Shown piece after piece: positions 20,415 through 30,622 of a DNA stretch of 64,000 bases. The translations under genes were made by a program, and so were the position numbers. Below the pieces are notes generated by a model. The model searched no databases. It saw only the letters and a list, made by a program, of their open reading frames with translations, and had not been told where the DNA came from. Source of the DNA: an uncultured Candidatus Rokubacteria bacterium (lineage in GTDB: Bacteria; Methylomirabilota; Methylomirabilia; Rokubacteriales; CSP1-6). Location: positions 32,001-96,000 of the forward strand of contig CAWBMV010000034.1 of assembly GCA_963789955.1 (NCBI GenBank). Direction: 5' to 3'. Each line of letters starts with the position of its first letter. Position 1 is the first letter of the stretch.

Positions 20415-20636
20415 ATGGCGAGCCTGACTCGAGCGAAGGTCGAAGTCATGGACAATCAGGTCGAAGCCGCGCTGAAGACGCTCAAGAAGGTCATGATCAA
20501 GGGTGGTCTCTATCAAGAGATGAAGCGGCGCGTGTACTACGAGAAGCCCTCGGTCAAACGCAAGAGGAAGCAAGCCCAGGCCCGCAAGAAGCGCCGGCGC
20601 GCGCTGAAACGCTCGCGGGTCGATGACGAGGAATAG
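20415..20636 (+). CDS. rpsU: 30S ribosomal protein S21
   Basis: VEAALKTLKK...GL..EMKRR.YYEKPSVKRKRK. Confidence 0.9.
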   Translation: MASLTRAKVEVMDNQVEAALKTLKKVMIKGGLYQEMKRRVYYEKPSVKRKRKQAQARKKRRRALKRSRVDDEE

Positions 20637-20671
20637 CGACCGGGCGGCCCGCGTGATAAGTTAAGAGCGCC

Positions 20672-21154
20672 ATGTCGATCCAGCGCACGCCGATGACGCG
20701 CCCGGGGTTCGAGCGCCTGCGCGACGAGCTCGACCGCTTGAAGCACGTCGATCGGCACGCCATCATCAAGGCCATCGCCGAGGCGCGGGCGCACGGCGAC
20801 CTCTCCGAGAACGCGGAGTACCACGCGGCGCGCGAGAAGCAGTCGTTCATCGAGGGCCGCATCGCCGAGCTCGAGGGCAAGGTCGGCGCCGCCGAGGTCA
20901 TCGATCCGCCCACCTCGGGCGACCGCATCACCTTCGCCTCGACGGTCCTGCTCGAGGACGAGAACGGCAAGGAGATCCGCTACCAGATCGTGGGCTCGGA
21001 CGAGGCGGACCCCGCCAAGGGACGGATCTCGATCATGTCGCCGCTGGCGCGCACGCTCATCGGCAAGAACGTCGGCGATCACGTGACCGCGCAGCTTCCG
21101 GCCGGCAAGAAGACGTTCGACATCGTCAAAGCCAACTTCCCCTGGACGGACTGA
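20672..21154 (+). CDS. greA: Transcription elongation factor GreA
   Basis: [34 protein letters not shown]. Confidence 0.95.
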   Translation: MSIQRTPMTRPGFERLRDELDRLKHVDRHAIIKAIAEARAHGDLSENAEYHAAREKQSFIEGRIAELEGKVGAAEVIDPPTSGDRITFASTVLLEDENGKEIRYQIVGSDEADPAKGRISIMSPLARTLIGKNVGDHVTAQLPAGKKTFDIVKANFPWTD

Positions 21155-21164
21155 GGCCAGAGCC

Positions 21165-22052
21165 ATGCCCACCGTGCGAGTCGACGGCGTCAACATCCAC
21201 TACGAGGAGTCGGGGCAGGGCCTGCCGCTGGTCTTCGTGCACGAGTTCGCCGGCGACCACCGGAGCTGGCACCTCCAGATGCGCTTCTTCTCGCGCCGCT
21301 ATCGCGCGATCGCGTTCAACGCGCGCGGCTATCCGCCCTCGGACGTTCCCGACGACGTGAAGGCGTACTCGCAGGAGCGCGCGGCCGAGGACATCCGCGG
21401 CGTGCTCGACGGCCTGAAGATCCAGAAGGCCCACGTGTGCGGCCTCTCGATGGGCGGCTTCTCGACGCTCCACTTCGGCCTGCGGCATCCGGACCGGGCG
21501 CTCTCGCTCGTGGTCGCCGGCGCCGGCTACGGCAGCGTGCCCGGCGAGCGCGACAAATTCCGCAAGGACACCGAGGTCGTCGCGCGCCGCTTCGAAGAAG
21601 ACGGCATGGTGAAGACCGCCGAGATGTACTCGAAGGGGCCGACGCGCGTGCAGTTCATGGACAAGGATCCCTTCGGCTGGCGCGAGTTCCACGCCCAGCT
21701 CGCCGAGGGCTCCGCGAAGGGCCACGCGCTCACCCAGCGGGGCGTACAGATGCAGCGGCCGTCGATCCTCGACCTCGGGCCCCAGCTCGAGAAGCTCGAC
21801 GTCCCGACCCTGATCATGACCGGTGACGAGGACGATCCGTGCCTCGAGCCGGGCATCTTCATGAAGCGCAAGATCCCGACGTCAGGGCTCGTCGTCCTGC
21901 CGAAGTCGGGGCACACGATCAACCTGGAAGAGCCCGAGGCGTTCAATCGCGCCGTGCTCGACTTCCTCACGGCGGTGGATGCCGGAAAATGGACGCGACG
22001 CAATCCCGCCTCGCAGACGGGGTCGGCCGTCCTTCCCGCGGAGACACGCTGA
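21165..22052 (+). CDS. Alpha/beta hydrolase
   Basis: VFVHEF, GLSMGG nucleophile elbow, G.ED, GHTINLEEP. Confidence 0.9.
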   Translation: MPTVRVDGVNIHYEESGQGLPLVFVHEFAGDHRSWHLQMRFFSRRYRAIAFNARGYPPSDVPDDVKAYSQERAAEDIRGVLDGLKIQKAHVCGLSMGGFSTLHFGLRHPDRALSLVVAGAGYGSVPGERDKFRKDTEVVARRFEEDGMVKTAEMYSKGPTRVQFMDKDPFGWREFHAQLAEGSAKGHALTQRGVQMQRPSILDLGPQLEKLDVPTLIMTGDEDDPCLEPGIFMKRKIPTSGLVVLPKSGHTINLEEPEAFNRAVLDFLTAVDAGKWTRRNPASQTGSAVLPAETR

Positions 22053-23218
22053 TGCCACTACCACTCGAAGGCTACACGGTCCTCGATCTCACCCGCGCGC
22101 GCTCGGGCCCGACCGCGGTGCGCCAGCTCGCCGACATGGGCGCCAACGTCATCAAGATCGAGCAGCGCGAGGAGATGGAAGGCGACTCGACCGCGCTCGG
22201 CTTCGACTTCCTGAACCTGCACCGGAACAAGCGCTCGATGACGCTCGACCTCAAGCATCCGCGCGGGGTCGAGATCATCAAGAAGATCGCCGCGCGCGCC
22301 GACGTCGTCGTCGAGAACTTCCGGCCCGACGTCAAGAAGCGGCTCGGCATCGACTACGAGGCGCTGTCCAAGGTGAACCCGCGGCTCGTCTACGGCTCGA
22401 TCTCGGGCTTCGGCCAGACCGGTCCGTACGCGGAGCGTCCGGGCTACGACCAGATCGCGCAGGGGATGGGCGGGCTCATGTCGATCACCGGCCTTCCGGG
22501 CCAGGGGCCCGTGCGCGTGGGAATCCCGGTCGCCGATCTCACCTCCGGGCTGTTCCTGGCGCAGGGAATCCTGGTCGCGCTGCTCGAGCGCGAGAAGTCC
22601 GGGAAGGGGCAGTGGGTGCACACCTCGCTCCTGCAGGCGATGGTCACCATGCTCGATTTCCAGGCCGCGCGCTGGCTGATCGATAGCGAGATTCCGCCCC
22701 AGGCGGGCAACGATCACCCGACCGGCATTCCGACGGGCGTCTTCACGACGGCGGACGGACACATCAACATCGCCGCGTCGGGCCAGACGATGTACCGGCG
22801 GCTCTGCACCGCCATCGGCGCGCCCGAGCTGATCGACGATCCGCGCTTCAAGACCCTGGCCGACCGCTCGAAGAACCGCAAGCAGATGAACGCCGAGATC
22901 GATCGCGTGCTCGTGAAGAAGCCGAGCGCCGAGTGGATCGAGACGCTCAATCGCGCCGGCGTGCCGTCGGGGCCGATCTTCAACGTGAAAGAGGTCTACG
23001 AGAACGAGCAGATCAAGCACCTCGGGATGGCGCAGCGGGTCCGGCATCCCGAGCGCGGCGAGATGCTGGTGCAGGGGCTCCCGGCGACGCTCTCGCGCAC
23101 GCCCGGCGCGATTCGCCGCGCCGCCCCGACGCACGGCGAGCACACCGACGAGATTCTTCGCGAGCTCGGCTACGGCACCGAGGAGATCGCCACCCTCCGG
23201 AAGGACGCCGTCGTCTAG
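22052..23218 (+). CDS. CaiB/BaiF family III CoA-transferase
   Basis: VLDLT..RSGP, LADMGA.VIKIE, NKRS..LDLK, ENFRP, RPGYD. Confidence 0.9.
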   Translation: MPLPLEGYTVLDLTRARSGPTAVRQLADMGANVIKIEQREEMEGDSTALGFDFLNLHRNKRSMTLDLKHPRGVEIIKKIAARADVVVENFRPDVKKRLGIDYEALSKVNPRLVYGSISGFGQTGPYAERPGYDQIAQGMGGLMSITGLPGQGPVRVGIPVADLTSGLFLAQGILVALLEREKSGKGQWVHTSLLQAMVTMLDFQAARWLIDSEIPPQAGNDHPTGIPTGVFTTADGHINIAASGQTMYRRLCTAIGAPELIDDPRFKTLADRSKNRKQMNAEIDRVLVKKPSAEWIETLNRAGVPSGPIFNVKEVYENEQIKHLGMAQRVRHPERGEMLVQGLPATLSRTPGAIRRAAPTHGEHTDEILRELGYGTEEIATLRKDAVV

Positions 23219-23278
23219 CTGCGGAAGCGGTCGCTGACCCTCCCGGCCGAGCCTGATCCTCTCACGGAGGAACCTGAT

Positions 23279-24839
23279 ATGCAGTACGAGCCGCACCGGT
23301 CGCCGCGCGCTGTCGTGGTGCGCCGTGACCATCGTGCTTCTGTTGCGGTCTCGTCGGCGGGGCGGAGGCGCAGGCAAAGCCCGAAGGCGAGATGCGCTGG
23401 GCCCTGTACGTGACGGTCGCCCCGGCCTGGCTCGATCCGGGCGAGGTGCAGGGCTTCATCACGCCGTTCTGGATCCAGTACGCGCTCCACGATGCGCTCG
23501 TGAAGCCCATGCCCGGCAACATCATGACGCCGAGCCTGGCCGAGTCGTGGACGCTCAGCCCCGACCAGAAGACCTACGAGTTCAAGCTGCGCCAGGGCCT
23601 CAAGTTCCACAACGGCGATCCGTTCACCGCCGAGGACGTGAAGTTCAGCTTCAAGCGCGCCAAGAGCTCCCGGATCCTCAAGGAGAAGGTGCGCGAGGTC
23701 GAGATCGTCGATCCCTACCGCGTGCGCTTCCATCTCCACGAGCCGTTCCCCGACTTCATGGCCTTCTACGGCACGCTCGCGACCGCGTCGAGCTGGATCG
23801 TGCCCAAGAAGTACGTCGAGAAGGTCGGCGACGACGGGTTCAAGAAGCAGCCGGTCGGGCTCGGGCCGTACAAGTTCGTGAGCAACACGCCCGGGCATCG
23901 AGATCGTCATGGAGGCCAACGAGAGCTACTGGCGCAAGATGCCCTCGGTGAAGCGCCTCGTCTTCAAGAGCGTGCCGGAGCCGACCACGCGGGCGGCGAT
24001 GCTGAAGAAGGGCGAAGTGGACATCGCCTATCTGCTGGACGCGCCGACCGCCGCTGGAGCTGAAGCGTGATCCGAACCTCAAGCTGGCGTTTTCCGGGGC
24101 GATCGGGATCCACTTCCTCGACTTCTTCGATCAGTGGGACCCAAAGTCGCCGTGGCACGACCGGCGAGTGCGGCTCGCCGCCAACTATGCGATCGACCGC
24201 CGGTCGTTGAACGAGGCCGAGAACCTGGGCGCCTCCCGCCTCACGGGCGGCATGGTCCCGCGCAAGTTCGAGTTCGCGCTTGCCCTCGAGCCCTATCCCT
24301 ACGATCCGGCGAAGGCGAAGCAGCTGCTGGCCGAGGCCGGCTATCCCGAACGGCTTCGACGCCGGGGATCTCTATCCGTATCCGCCGTACTTCTCGATGG
24401 GGGAGGCGGTCGGCGACCAATCTCGCGCGCGGTCGGCATCAAGACGCAGGATCATCACGATGGAGCGCGCGGCCTTCCAGACGGCGTGGCTGACGAAGAA
24501 GCTGCAAGGGACTCTGCGTCTGCATCCACGCGCTCTACGGCAACGCCGCCTCACGGATGGCGCAGTTCGTGCCGAGCGACGGGCGACTTCGCGCGCGGCG
24601 CCGATCCCGACGTCGACGCGCTCTTCAAGCAGCAGGCGCGGGAGACGGACCGGAAGAAGCGCGAGGCGATGCTCCACCAGATCCAGCAGCTGCTCTACGA
24701 GCGCGTGCGGTTCGGCCCGATCTGGGAGTACATCTGGCCGAGCGGGATCGGCCCGCGCGTCGGCGGACGCCGGCCCTGCTGAAGATCGACCCGTACCCCT
24801 GGTCGGCGCCCTACGAGGACGTGACGTCTCAAGAAGTAG
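23279..24839 (+). CDS. ABC peptide/nickel substrate-binding protein, family 5 (many frameshifts)
   Basis: LHDALVKPMPG..PSLAESW, FHNGDPFTAEDVKFS, G.GPYKF, YDPAKAKQLLAEAGYP and IDPYPWSAPYED spread over several frames. Confidence 0.75.
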
Positions 24840-24858
24840 CGCGCGCGTTCGGACCGGT

Positions 24859-25989
24859 CTAGCGGAGCGCGTCGCGCAGCTCGCGCGTGAGGACCTCGAC
24901 GGTCCCGCGCGTGCCGCCGGCGAGCTTCAGCTTCCACTCGCCCTCGGTCTCGAAGCGCCGGTCGCGCAGCCGCTCGCTCCACGGCTTGATCGCCTCGCGG
25001 ATCGCGTTCAGGTCGAACGGATCGCGGCGCAGCTCGCGGGCGCGCGCCATGACGTCGGGCGCCGCCCGGATGAAGGCGCGTAGCGCGGCGCCGGTCTTGA
25101 TCGAGTACTTCCGGCCGGCCCAGGCGGCCGGGAACGTGGTCGAGAGCGCCTTGATGTAGTTCAGGAAGAAGCGCTTGGCGCCGCCCCGCAGCTCCTGGAG
25201 CTTGCCGCCGCTGCCGACCTTCTCGACCGTCTCGAAGAAGTCGACGATCTCCTCGGCGAGCGGCGCCTGGCTCACGCGTCCGCGCCCGGTGCCGAGCATC
25301 TTGATCTCGCCGTGGAGCGGCGAGGTGTCGTCTTCGTTGAGCGAGCGGATCACGTCGTGGGCGAGCGCCTGGTTCGCGTCGGGATAGAGCTTGCGACCGG
25401 CCAGGCTGATGATGTGCGACGGGTTCAGGCGCGTGTGCTTGGCGTTGATCGTGACGAAGAGCTCGACGATCTGCCGGGCGTCGAGCGAGTCGAACAGCAC
25501 CGCCGGGACCTCGATCGTCATGTTCTCGCCCGCCTGCGACAAGGCGTGCAGGGCGAGGAGACGATGCTGGCCGTCGAGCACGCGCAGGACGCCGTGCTCC
25601 TCCGGAATCTGGAGCAGTCCGAGGTCGTGCTGGCCCGCGACCGGGGTGAAGGTGAACCGTCGCTCGGAGGTGATGATGACGGCACCGGGGATCGCGGGCA
25701 GGGTCGCCGCGTCCTTGCACTCCCGGTAATAGGCCACGAGCTCGTCGATCTTCCGACGGATGACCGGCCGCTGGTAGGCGGCCTCGCTCTCGCCGATCCG
25801 CTTCTCGAGGCTGTCCCAGTTGACGCGCGATCGGTTCATCCGCGTCTTCTTGGGGGGCTCGTTGGCGGGGCCGCCCGAATAGCCCAGGACCTCGAACTTT
25901 ACTAACCGGTCGATATCCTTGGCCGAAAGGCCGGCCTGATAGAACTCAACGCCGAACTGCTTCACACGGCGCGCCGGGACGGTAATCAT
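24859..25989 (-). CDS. DGQHR-domain (DndB/ParB-like) protein
   Basis: YQRP..R.K, IPGAVII, LRVLDGQHRL, LFVTINAKH. Confidence 0.85.
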   Translation of the reverse strand: MITVPARRVKQFGVEFYQAGLSAKDIDRLVKFEVLGYSGGPANEPPKKTRMNRSRVNWDSLEKRIGESEAAYQRPVIRRKIDELVAYYRECKDAATLPAIPGAVIITSERRFTFTPVAGQHDLGLLQIPEEHGVLRVLDGQHRLLALHALSQAGENMTIEVPAVLFDSLDARQIVELFVTINAKHTRLNPSHIISLAGRKLYPDANQALAHDVIRSLNEDDTSPLHGEIKMLGTGRGRVSQAPLAEEIVDFFETVEKVGSGGKLQELRGGAKRFFLNYIKALSTTFPAAWAGRKYSIKTGAALRAFIRAAPDVMARARELRRDPFDLNAIREAIKPWSERLRDRRFETEGEWKLKLAGGTRGTVEVLTRELRDALR

Positions 25990-25998
25990 GGGGATAGA

Positions 25999-26039
25999 AG
26001 TGTAACTGAGGGGCCAAACCCCTGTCAATAGAGGGGTTT
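25999..26039 (-). promoter_or_regulatory. Sigma70 promoter (TTGACA-18-TACACT) with AAACCCCT-N8-AGGGGTTT inverted repeat over the -35 box
   Basis: -35 at 26023-26028, -10 at 25999-26004, repeat arms at 26016-26023 and 26032-26039. Confidence 0.65.
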
Positions 26040-26078
26040 TCGGACGTACCAGCACCTGAAGTTCGGTAAGATCGTGCG

Positions 26079-26942
26079 GTGAGCGGCCCTGCCCTCGCCC
26101 TCGTCGTGTGCGCCGCTGTTCTTCACGCGACGTGGAACGCGCTGGCCAAGCGCGCCGAGAACCAGTTCGCCTTTCTCTGGTCGTCCGTGTCGCTGGCGAC
26201 CCTGCTCTTGCTGCCGATCGGACTCTTGCGCCTTCCCGCCGAGCCCACGCCCAGCGCCGGTCTGCCGTTCGTTGCCGCGAGCATAGGCATTCACGCGGTC
26301 TATTTCTGGGCACTCGGCCGCTCCTATCGCTTCGGAGACTTCTCCCGCGTCTACCCGATGGCGCGCGGGCTCGGCGTGGCGCTGGTCCCGCTGATCGCGC
26401 TGCCCGTGTTCGGCGAGCGGCTGTCATGGCTCGGCTCGCTCGGAATCGGCCTCGTCGTCCTCGGGATCGTCTCGCTCAGCCGGAGTCCATCGGCCGCGCG
26501 CGGATCGACCGGGATCGGAATCGGCGCGGGAACGGTCTGGGCCGTCGTGACTGGAGTGACCATCGCGGCCTATTCGCTGGTGGACAAGGCAGGTGTCGCT
26601 CGCCTGCACCCGATGCCCTACATCGCGCTGATGGGCCTCGGCCTCAGCGCCATCCTGAGCCCGATCGTCCTCGCGGATCGCCGGACGCTCGTCAACGAGT
26701 GGCGCCGGCGCTGGCCGACGATCCTCGTCGCCTCGGCGATGAATCTGACGAGCTATCTGCTCGTGCTCTTCGCCTTCAGGCTCTCGAAGGTCGGCTACGT
26801 GGTGGCGTCGCGCGAGCTGTCGATCCTGTTCTCGGCGTTCATCGGAAGCCTGTGGCTCGGCGAAGGGCGGCTGGCCCCGCGGCTCGCCGGCGCCTCGGTC
26901 GTGCTCGCCGGGGTGATCTGCGTGGCCTTCGCGCGCGACTAG
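26079..26942 (+). CDS. EamA/DMT family transporter
   Basis: HATWNALAK, GDFSRVYPMARG, YSLVDK, RELSILF; about 10 TM. Confidence 0.85.
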   Translation: MSGPALALVVCAAVLHATWNALAKRAENQFAFLWSSVSLATLLLLPIGLLRLPAEPTPSAGLPFVAASIGIHAVYFWALGRSYRFGDFSRVYPMARGLGVALVPLIALPVFGERLSWLGSLGIGLVVLGIVSLSRSPSAARGSTGIGIGAGTVWAVVTGVTIAAYSLVDKAGVARLHPMPYIALMGLGLSAILSPIVLADRRTLVNEWRRRWPTILVASAMNLTSYLLVLFAFRLSKVGYVVASRELSILFSAFIGSLWLGEGRLAPRLAGASVVLAGVICVAFARD

Positions 26943-26952
26943 TCGCGCCGCG

Positions 26953-28161
26953 CTACTTCAGGCCGAAGTTCTCGACGGCAAGCCCCGCGATGTGACGCCC
27001 GATCGCGATCGAGGCCGTGGCGCCGGGCGAGGGCGCGTTGAGCACGTGGATCGCGTCCGCCTCGGCGAGGATCCGAAAGTCGTCGACGAGCGAGCCGTCG
27101 GGGCTCACCGCCTGGGCGCGAACGCCGGCGCCGCCGCGCGTGACGTCCTCGGGACGCAGCGCGGGGACGAGCCGCTGGAGCGCCTGGACGAACGCGTTCT
27201 TGCTGAGCGAGCGGTACATCTCGTAGCTTCCCGTTTGCCAGTACTTCCGGGCCATCCGCCAGAAGCCGCTGTAGGTCAAGGTGCCCGCGAGCTCGCTCGG
27301 GCTCACCGTGGCGAAGCGGTAGCCCTCGCGCGCGAACGCCAGCACCGCATTGGGACCGGCCTCGACCTCGCCGTGCACGGTGCGCGTGAGGTGGACGCCG
27401 AGGAACGGGAACTCGGGATCCGGCACCGGATAGATGAGCCCGCGGACGATGTCCTGACGCTCCGGCCGGATCATGTAGTACTCGCCGCGGAACGGGATGA
27501 TCCGGAGATCGACCTTCGCGCCCGCCATCCGCGCCACCACGTCCGAGTAGAGGCCGGCGCAGTTCACGATCCGCGTGGTCCGCACGACGGCGCGGGGCGT
27601 GACCAGCTCGATGGCGCCGGCGCCGCGCCGAATCGACGTCACGCCGGCGCCGGTCTCGATCGCGACACCGCGGGCGGTCAGCTCGCGCGTCATCGCGGCG
27701 CAGACTTCCTTGTAATCGACGATCGCGGTCGAGGGCGACCGGATCGCCCGGAGCGCGTTCGCGTGCGGCTCGATCTCCCGGAGCTGCGCCGGCTCGATCA
27801 TCTCCACCGGGACGCCGTTGGCGACGCCGCGCTCGTAGAGCGTCTGCAGGCGCGGCAGCTCGGCCTTCTCGGTCGCGACGATCACCTTGCCGACGTGATC
27901 GACGCGGATCCCGTGCTTCTGACAGAAGTCGAGCATCAGCCCCTTGCCCTCGACGCAGAGCTTGGCCTTGTAGGAGCCGGGCTTGTAGTAGATGCCGGAG
28001 TGGATGACGCCCGAGTTGTTGCCGGTCTGGTGGGTGGCGAGCTTGGCTTCCTTCTCGAGGATGACGAGCCGCGCTCTCGGGACGCGCTCGCCCAGGGCCC
28101 GCGCGGTGGCGAGGCCCACGATGCCGCCGCCGATGATCGCGATGTCGTAAGAGTTTTCCAT
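26953..28161 (-). CDS. lhgO: L-2-hydroxyglutarate oxidase
   Basis: [50 protein letters not shown]. Confidence 0.9.
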   Translation of the reverse strand: MENSYDIAIIGGGIVGLATARALGERVPRARLVILEKEAKLATHQTGNNSGVIHSGIYYKPGSYKAKLCVEGKGLMLDFCQKHGIRVDHVGKVIVATEKAELPRLQTLYERGVANGVPVEMIEPAQLREIEPHANALRAIRSPSTAIVDYKEVCAAMTRELTARGVAIETGAGVTSIRRGAGAIELVTPRAVVRTTRIVNCAGLYSDVVARMAGAKVDLRIIPFRGEYYMIRPERQDIVRGLIYPVPDPEFPFLGVHLTRTVHGEVEAGPNAVLAFAREGYRFATVSPSELAGTLTYSGFWRMARKYWQTGSYEMYRSLSKNAFVQALQRLVPALRPEDVTRGGAGVRAQAVSPDGSLVDDFRILAEADAIHVLNAPSPGATASIAIGRHIAGLAVENFGLK

Positions 28162-28232
28162 GGCGCATCATTGATAGAATCTGGCACGACCGCTGTCAAG
28201 CGCGGAACCCGAACGACATCCGGAGGCCCGAC

Positions 28233-28685
28233 GTGGCAGGAAAGTACTTCGACGAGCTCGAGATCGGCCAGACCTTCCGGCATCAGCCCGGACGGACGGT
28301 GACCGAGGCGGACAACGTGTGGTTCTCCTGCCTCACGATGAACCCCCAGTCGCTCCACGTCGACTTTCACGCGGCGGCGAAAGCCGAGTTCGGCAAGCCG
28401 CTGGTGAACAGTCTCTTCACGCTCGGCGTGGCCGTCGGGCTCTCGGTCGGCGAGACGACGCTCGGCACGACCGTGGGGAACCTCGGCTTCGAGAAGGTCG
28501 AGTTCCCGAAGCCCGTCTTCCACGGCGACACGATCTATTCCGAGACCGAGGTCGTCGAGAAGCGCGAGTCGCGCTCGCGTCCGCAGTGGGGCATCGTGAC
28601 GTTCGTGCACCGCGCGCTCAACCAGCACGGCGAGGTCGTGATGGTGGCGCGGCGCAACGCGATGATGCGCAAGAAGGGCGCCTGA
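28233..28685 (+). CDS. MaoC family dehydratase
   Basis: [29 protein letters not shown]. Confidence 0.9.
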   Translation: MAGKYFDELEIGQTFRHQPGRTVTEADNVWFSCLTMNPQSLHVDFHAAAKAEFGKPLVNSLFTLGVAVGLSVGETTLGTTVGNLGFEKVEFPKPVFHGDTIYSETEVVEKRESRSRPQWGIVTFVHRALNQHGEVVMVARRNAMMRKKGA

Positions 28686-28686
28686 G

Positions 28687-29568
28687 ATGGCGCGCCGGCG
28701 CCGATCGCTCCACTTCGTGCCGGGCGGCAACGATCGCATGCTCGCCAAGGCCCTGACCATTCCGGCGGACGGCTTGATCCTCGATCTCGAGGACGCGGTC
28801 GCGCCGGATCGCAAGGCGGCCACCCGCGGCGTGGTCCGGGAGTGGCTCACCCGCGAGTTCGGCGGCCGCGAGCGATGGGTGAGGATGAATCCGATCGCCA
28901 CCGGGCTCGGACAGGCGGACCTCGAGGAGACGATCGCGTCGCGCCCCGACGGCTACGTGGTACCGAAGCCCGGCAGCGCCGCCGACATCCGTGCGATCGT
29001 CCGGATCCTCGACCGGCTCGAGCAGCACCACGGGATTCCGAACGGCGCGACCCGGCTCACGTTGATCGCGACGGAGACGCCGGAAGGGCTGCTGAACATC
29101 CGCGAGATCGCCGCGGCCACGCCGCGGACGGTCGCGATCTCCTGGGGCGTCGAGGACCTGGGCGCCGCGATGGGACTCGGCCGGGTGCGCGACGCTCAGG
29201 GGCAGTACATGGACATCCCGCGCTACGCGCGCGTCATGTGCGCGGTGGTCGCCGCCGCGGCCGGGCTCGAGGCGATCGACACGGTGTTCACCGACATCGC
29301 GGATCTCGACGGCCTGCGGCGCGAGTGCGAGGACGGAGTGGCGATGGGCTTCACCGGCAAGATCTCGATCCATCCCAACCAGGTTCCCGTGATCAACGAA
29401 GTCTTCACGCCGTCGAAGGAATCGGTCGAGGAGGCGCGCCAGCTGATCGCGCTGTTCGACGAGCATGCCCGGCGCGGCGTGTACGCGTTCACGTTCAAAG
29501 GCCAGATGGTCGACGCCCCGCACCTCGCGCGCGCGAAGAAGCTCGTGGCGAGAGCGGGCGGGGAGTGA
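28687..29568 (+). CDS. CitE/HpcH-type CoA-ester lyase
   Basis: RS.HFVPG, LDLEDAV, VRMN, ET..G, GFTGK..IHP.Q, MVDAPH. Confidence 0.9.
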   Translation: MARRRRSLHFVPGGNDRMLAKALTIPADGLILDLEDAVAPDRKAATRGVVREWLTREFGGRERWVRMNPIATGLGQADLEETIASRPDGYVVPKPGSAADIRAIVRILDRLEQHHGIPNGATRLTLIATETPEGLLNIREIAAATPRTVAISWGVEDLGAAMGLGRVRDAQGQYMDIPRYARVMCAVVAAAAGLEAIDTVFTDIADLDGLRRECEDGVAMGFTGKISIHPNQVPVINEVFTPSKESVEEARQLIALFDEHARRGVYAFTFKGQMVDAPHLARAKKLVARAGGE

Positions 29569-30592
29569 GCCCGGGCCGGGCGCTCGTCCTCGCACGCCGC
29601 GGCGCCGATCGAAACCTCGCCGCTGCGTCTCGAAGCTCGCCCGACTCCGGTGCCCGGGCCCGGGGAAATCCTGGTCCGCGTCAGCGCCTGCGGAGTCTGT
29701 CGAACGGATCTGCACATCGTCGAGGGCGAGCTTCCGCTCGTCCGCGCGTCGGTCGTGCCCGGCCATCAAGTCGTCGGCCGTGTCGTGGGCGCCGGAGCGA
29801 ACGCGCGCCGGTTCGAGACCGGTGATCGCGTCGGGATCGCGTGGCTCCGCGGGACGTGCGGAGAGTGCGAGGCGTGCCGGCAGCGGCCGCGAGAATCTCT
29901 GCGAGAGCGCCGTGTTCACCGGCTATCACGCCGACGGCGGGTTCGCCGACTATGCCGTGGTGTCCGAGGCCTTCGCCTACGCGATCCCGCCCGTCTTCGG
30001 CGATGCCGAGGCGGCGCCGCTTCTCTGCGCGGGCATCATCGGCTACCGGGCGCTCAAGCTGAGCGAGGTGAGGCCGGGCGGCCGGCTCGGCATCTACGGA
30101 TTCGGAGCCTCCGCGCACGTGACGCTTCAGGTCGCCCGCGCCCGCGGGTGCGAGGTGTTCGTCTGCACGCGCGAGGAATCGCACCGGGCGCTCGCGCGCC
30201 GGCTGGGCGCGACGTGGGTGGGCGGCATCGGCGACACGATGCCCGCGAAAATGCACGGCACGATCCTCTTCGCGCCGGCCGGCGAGCTCGTGCCGGTCGC
30301 GCTGCGCAATCTCGACCGCGGCGGCACCCTGGCGCTGGCCGGCATCTACATGAGCCCGGTGCCGCCGCTCGACTACGAGCGCGATCTGTTCTAGGAGCGG
30401 AGCGTTCGGAGCGTGACCGCCAACACCCGGGCCGACGGCGAGGAGCTCCTGGCCGAAGCGAGCCGGATTCCGATCCGGCCGGCCACCACGACCTTCGCGC
30501 TCGAGGACGCCAACCGCGCGCTGGCGCTGCTCAAGCGGGGTGGTTTCGCCGGGGCCGGAGTGCTCTTGACCGGTGAGGGTTCTCGCGTATGA
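29565..30592 (+). CDS. Zinc-binding alcohol dehydrogenase family protein (frameshifts plus in-frame TAG at 30392; pseudogene or sequencing error)
   Basis: CGVCRTDLH, PGHQVVG, C..C..C, APLLCAG.IGYRAL, G.YGFGASA; homology continues past the TAG (ERSVRSVTANTR). Confidence 0.75.
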
Positions 30593-30622
30593 TCACCGAA
30601 CAGTTTTGACGGAGGCTCACCG

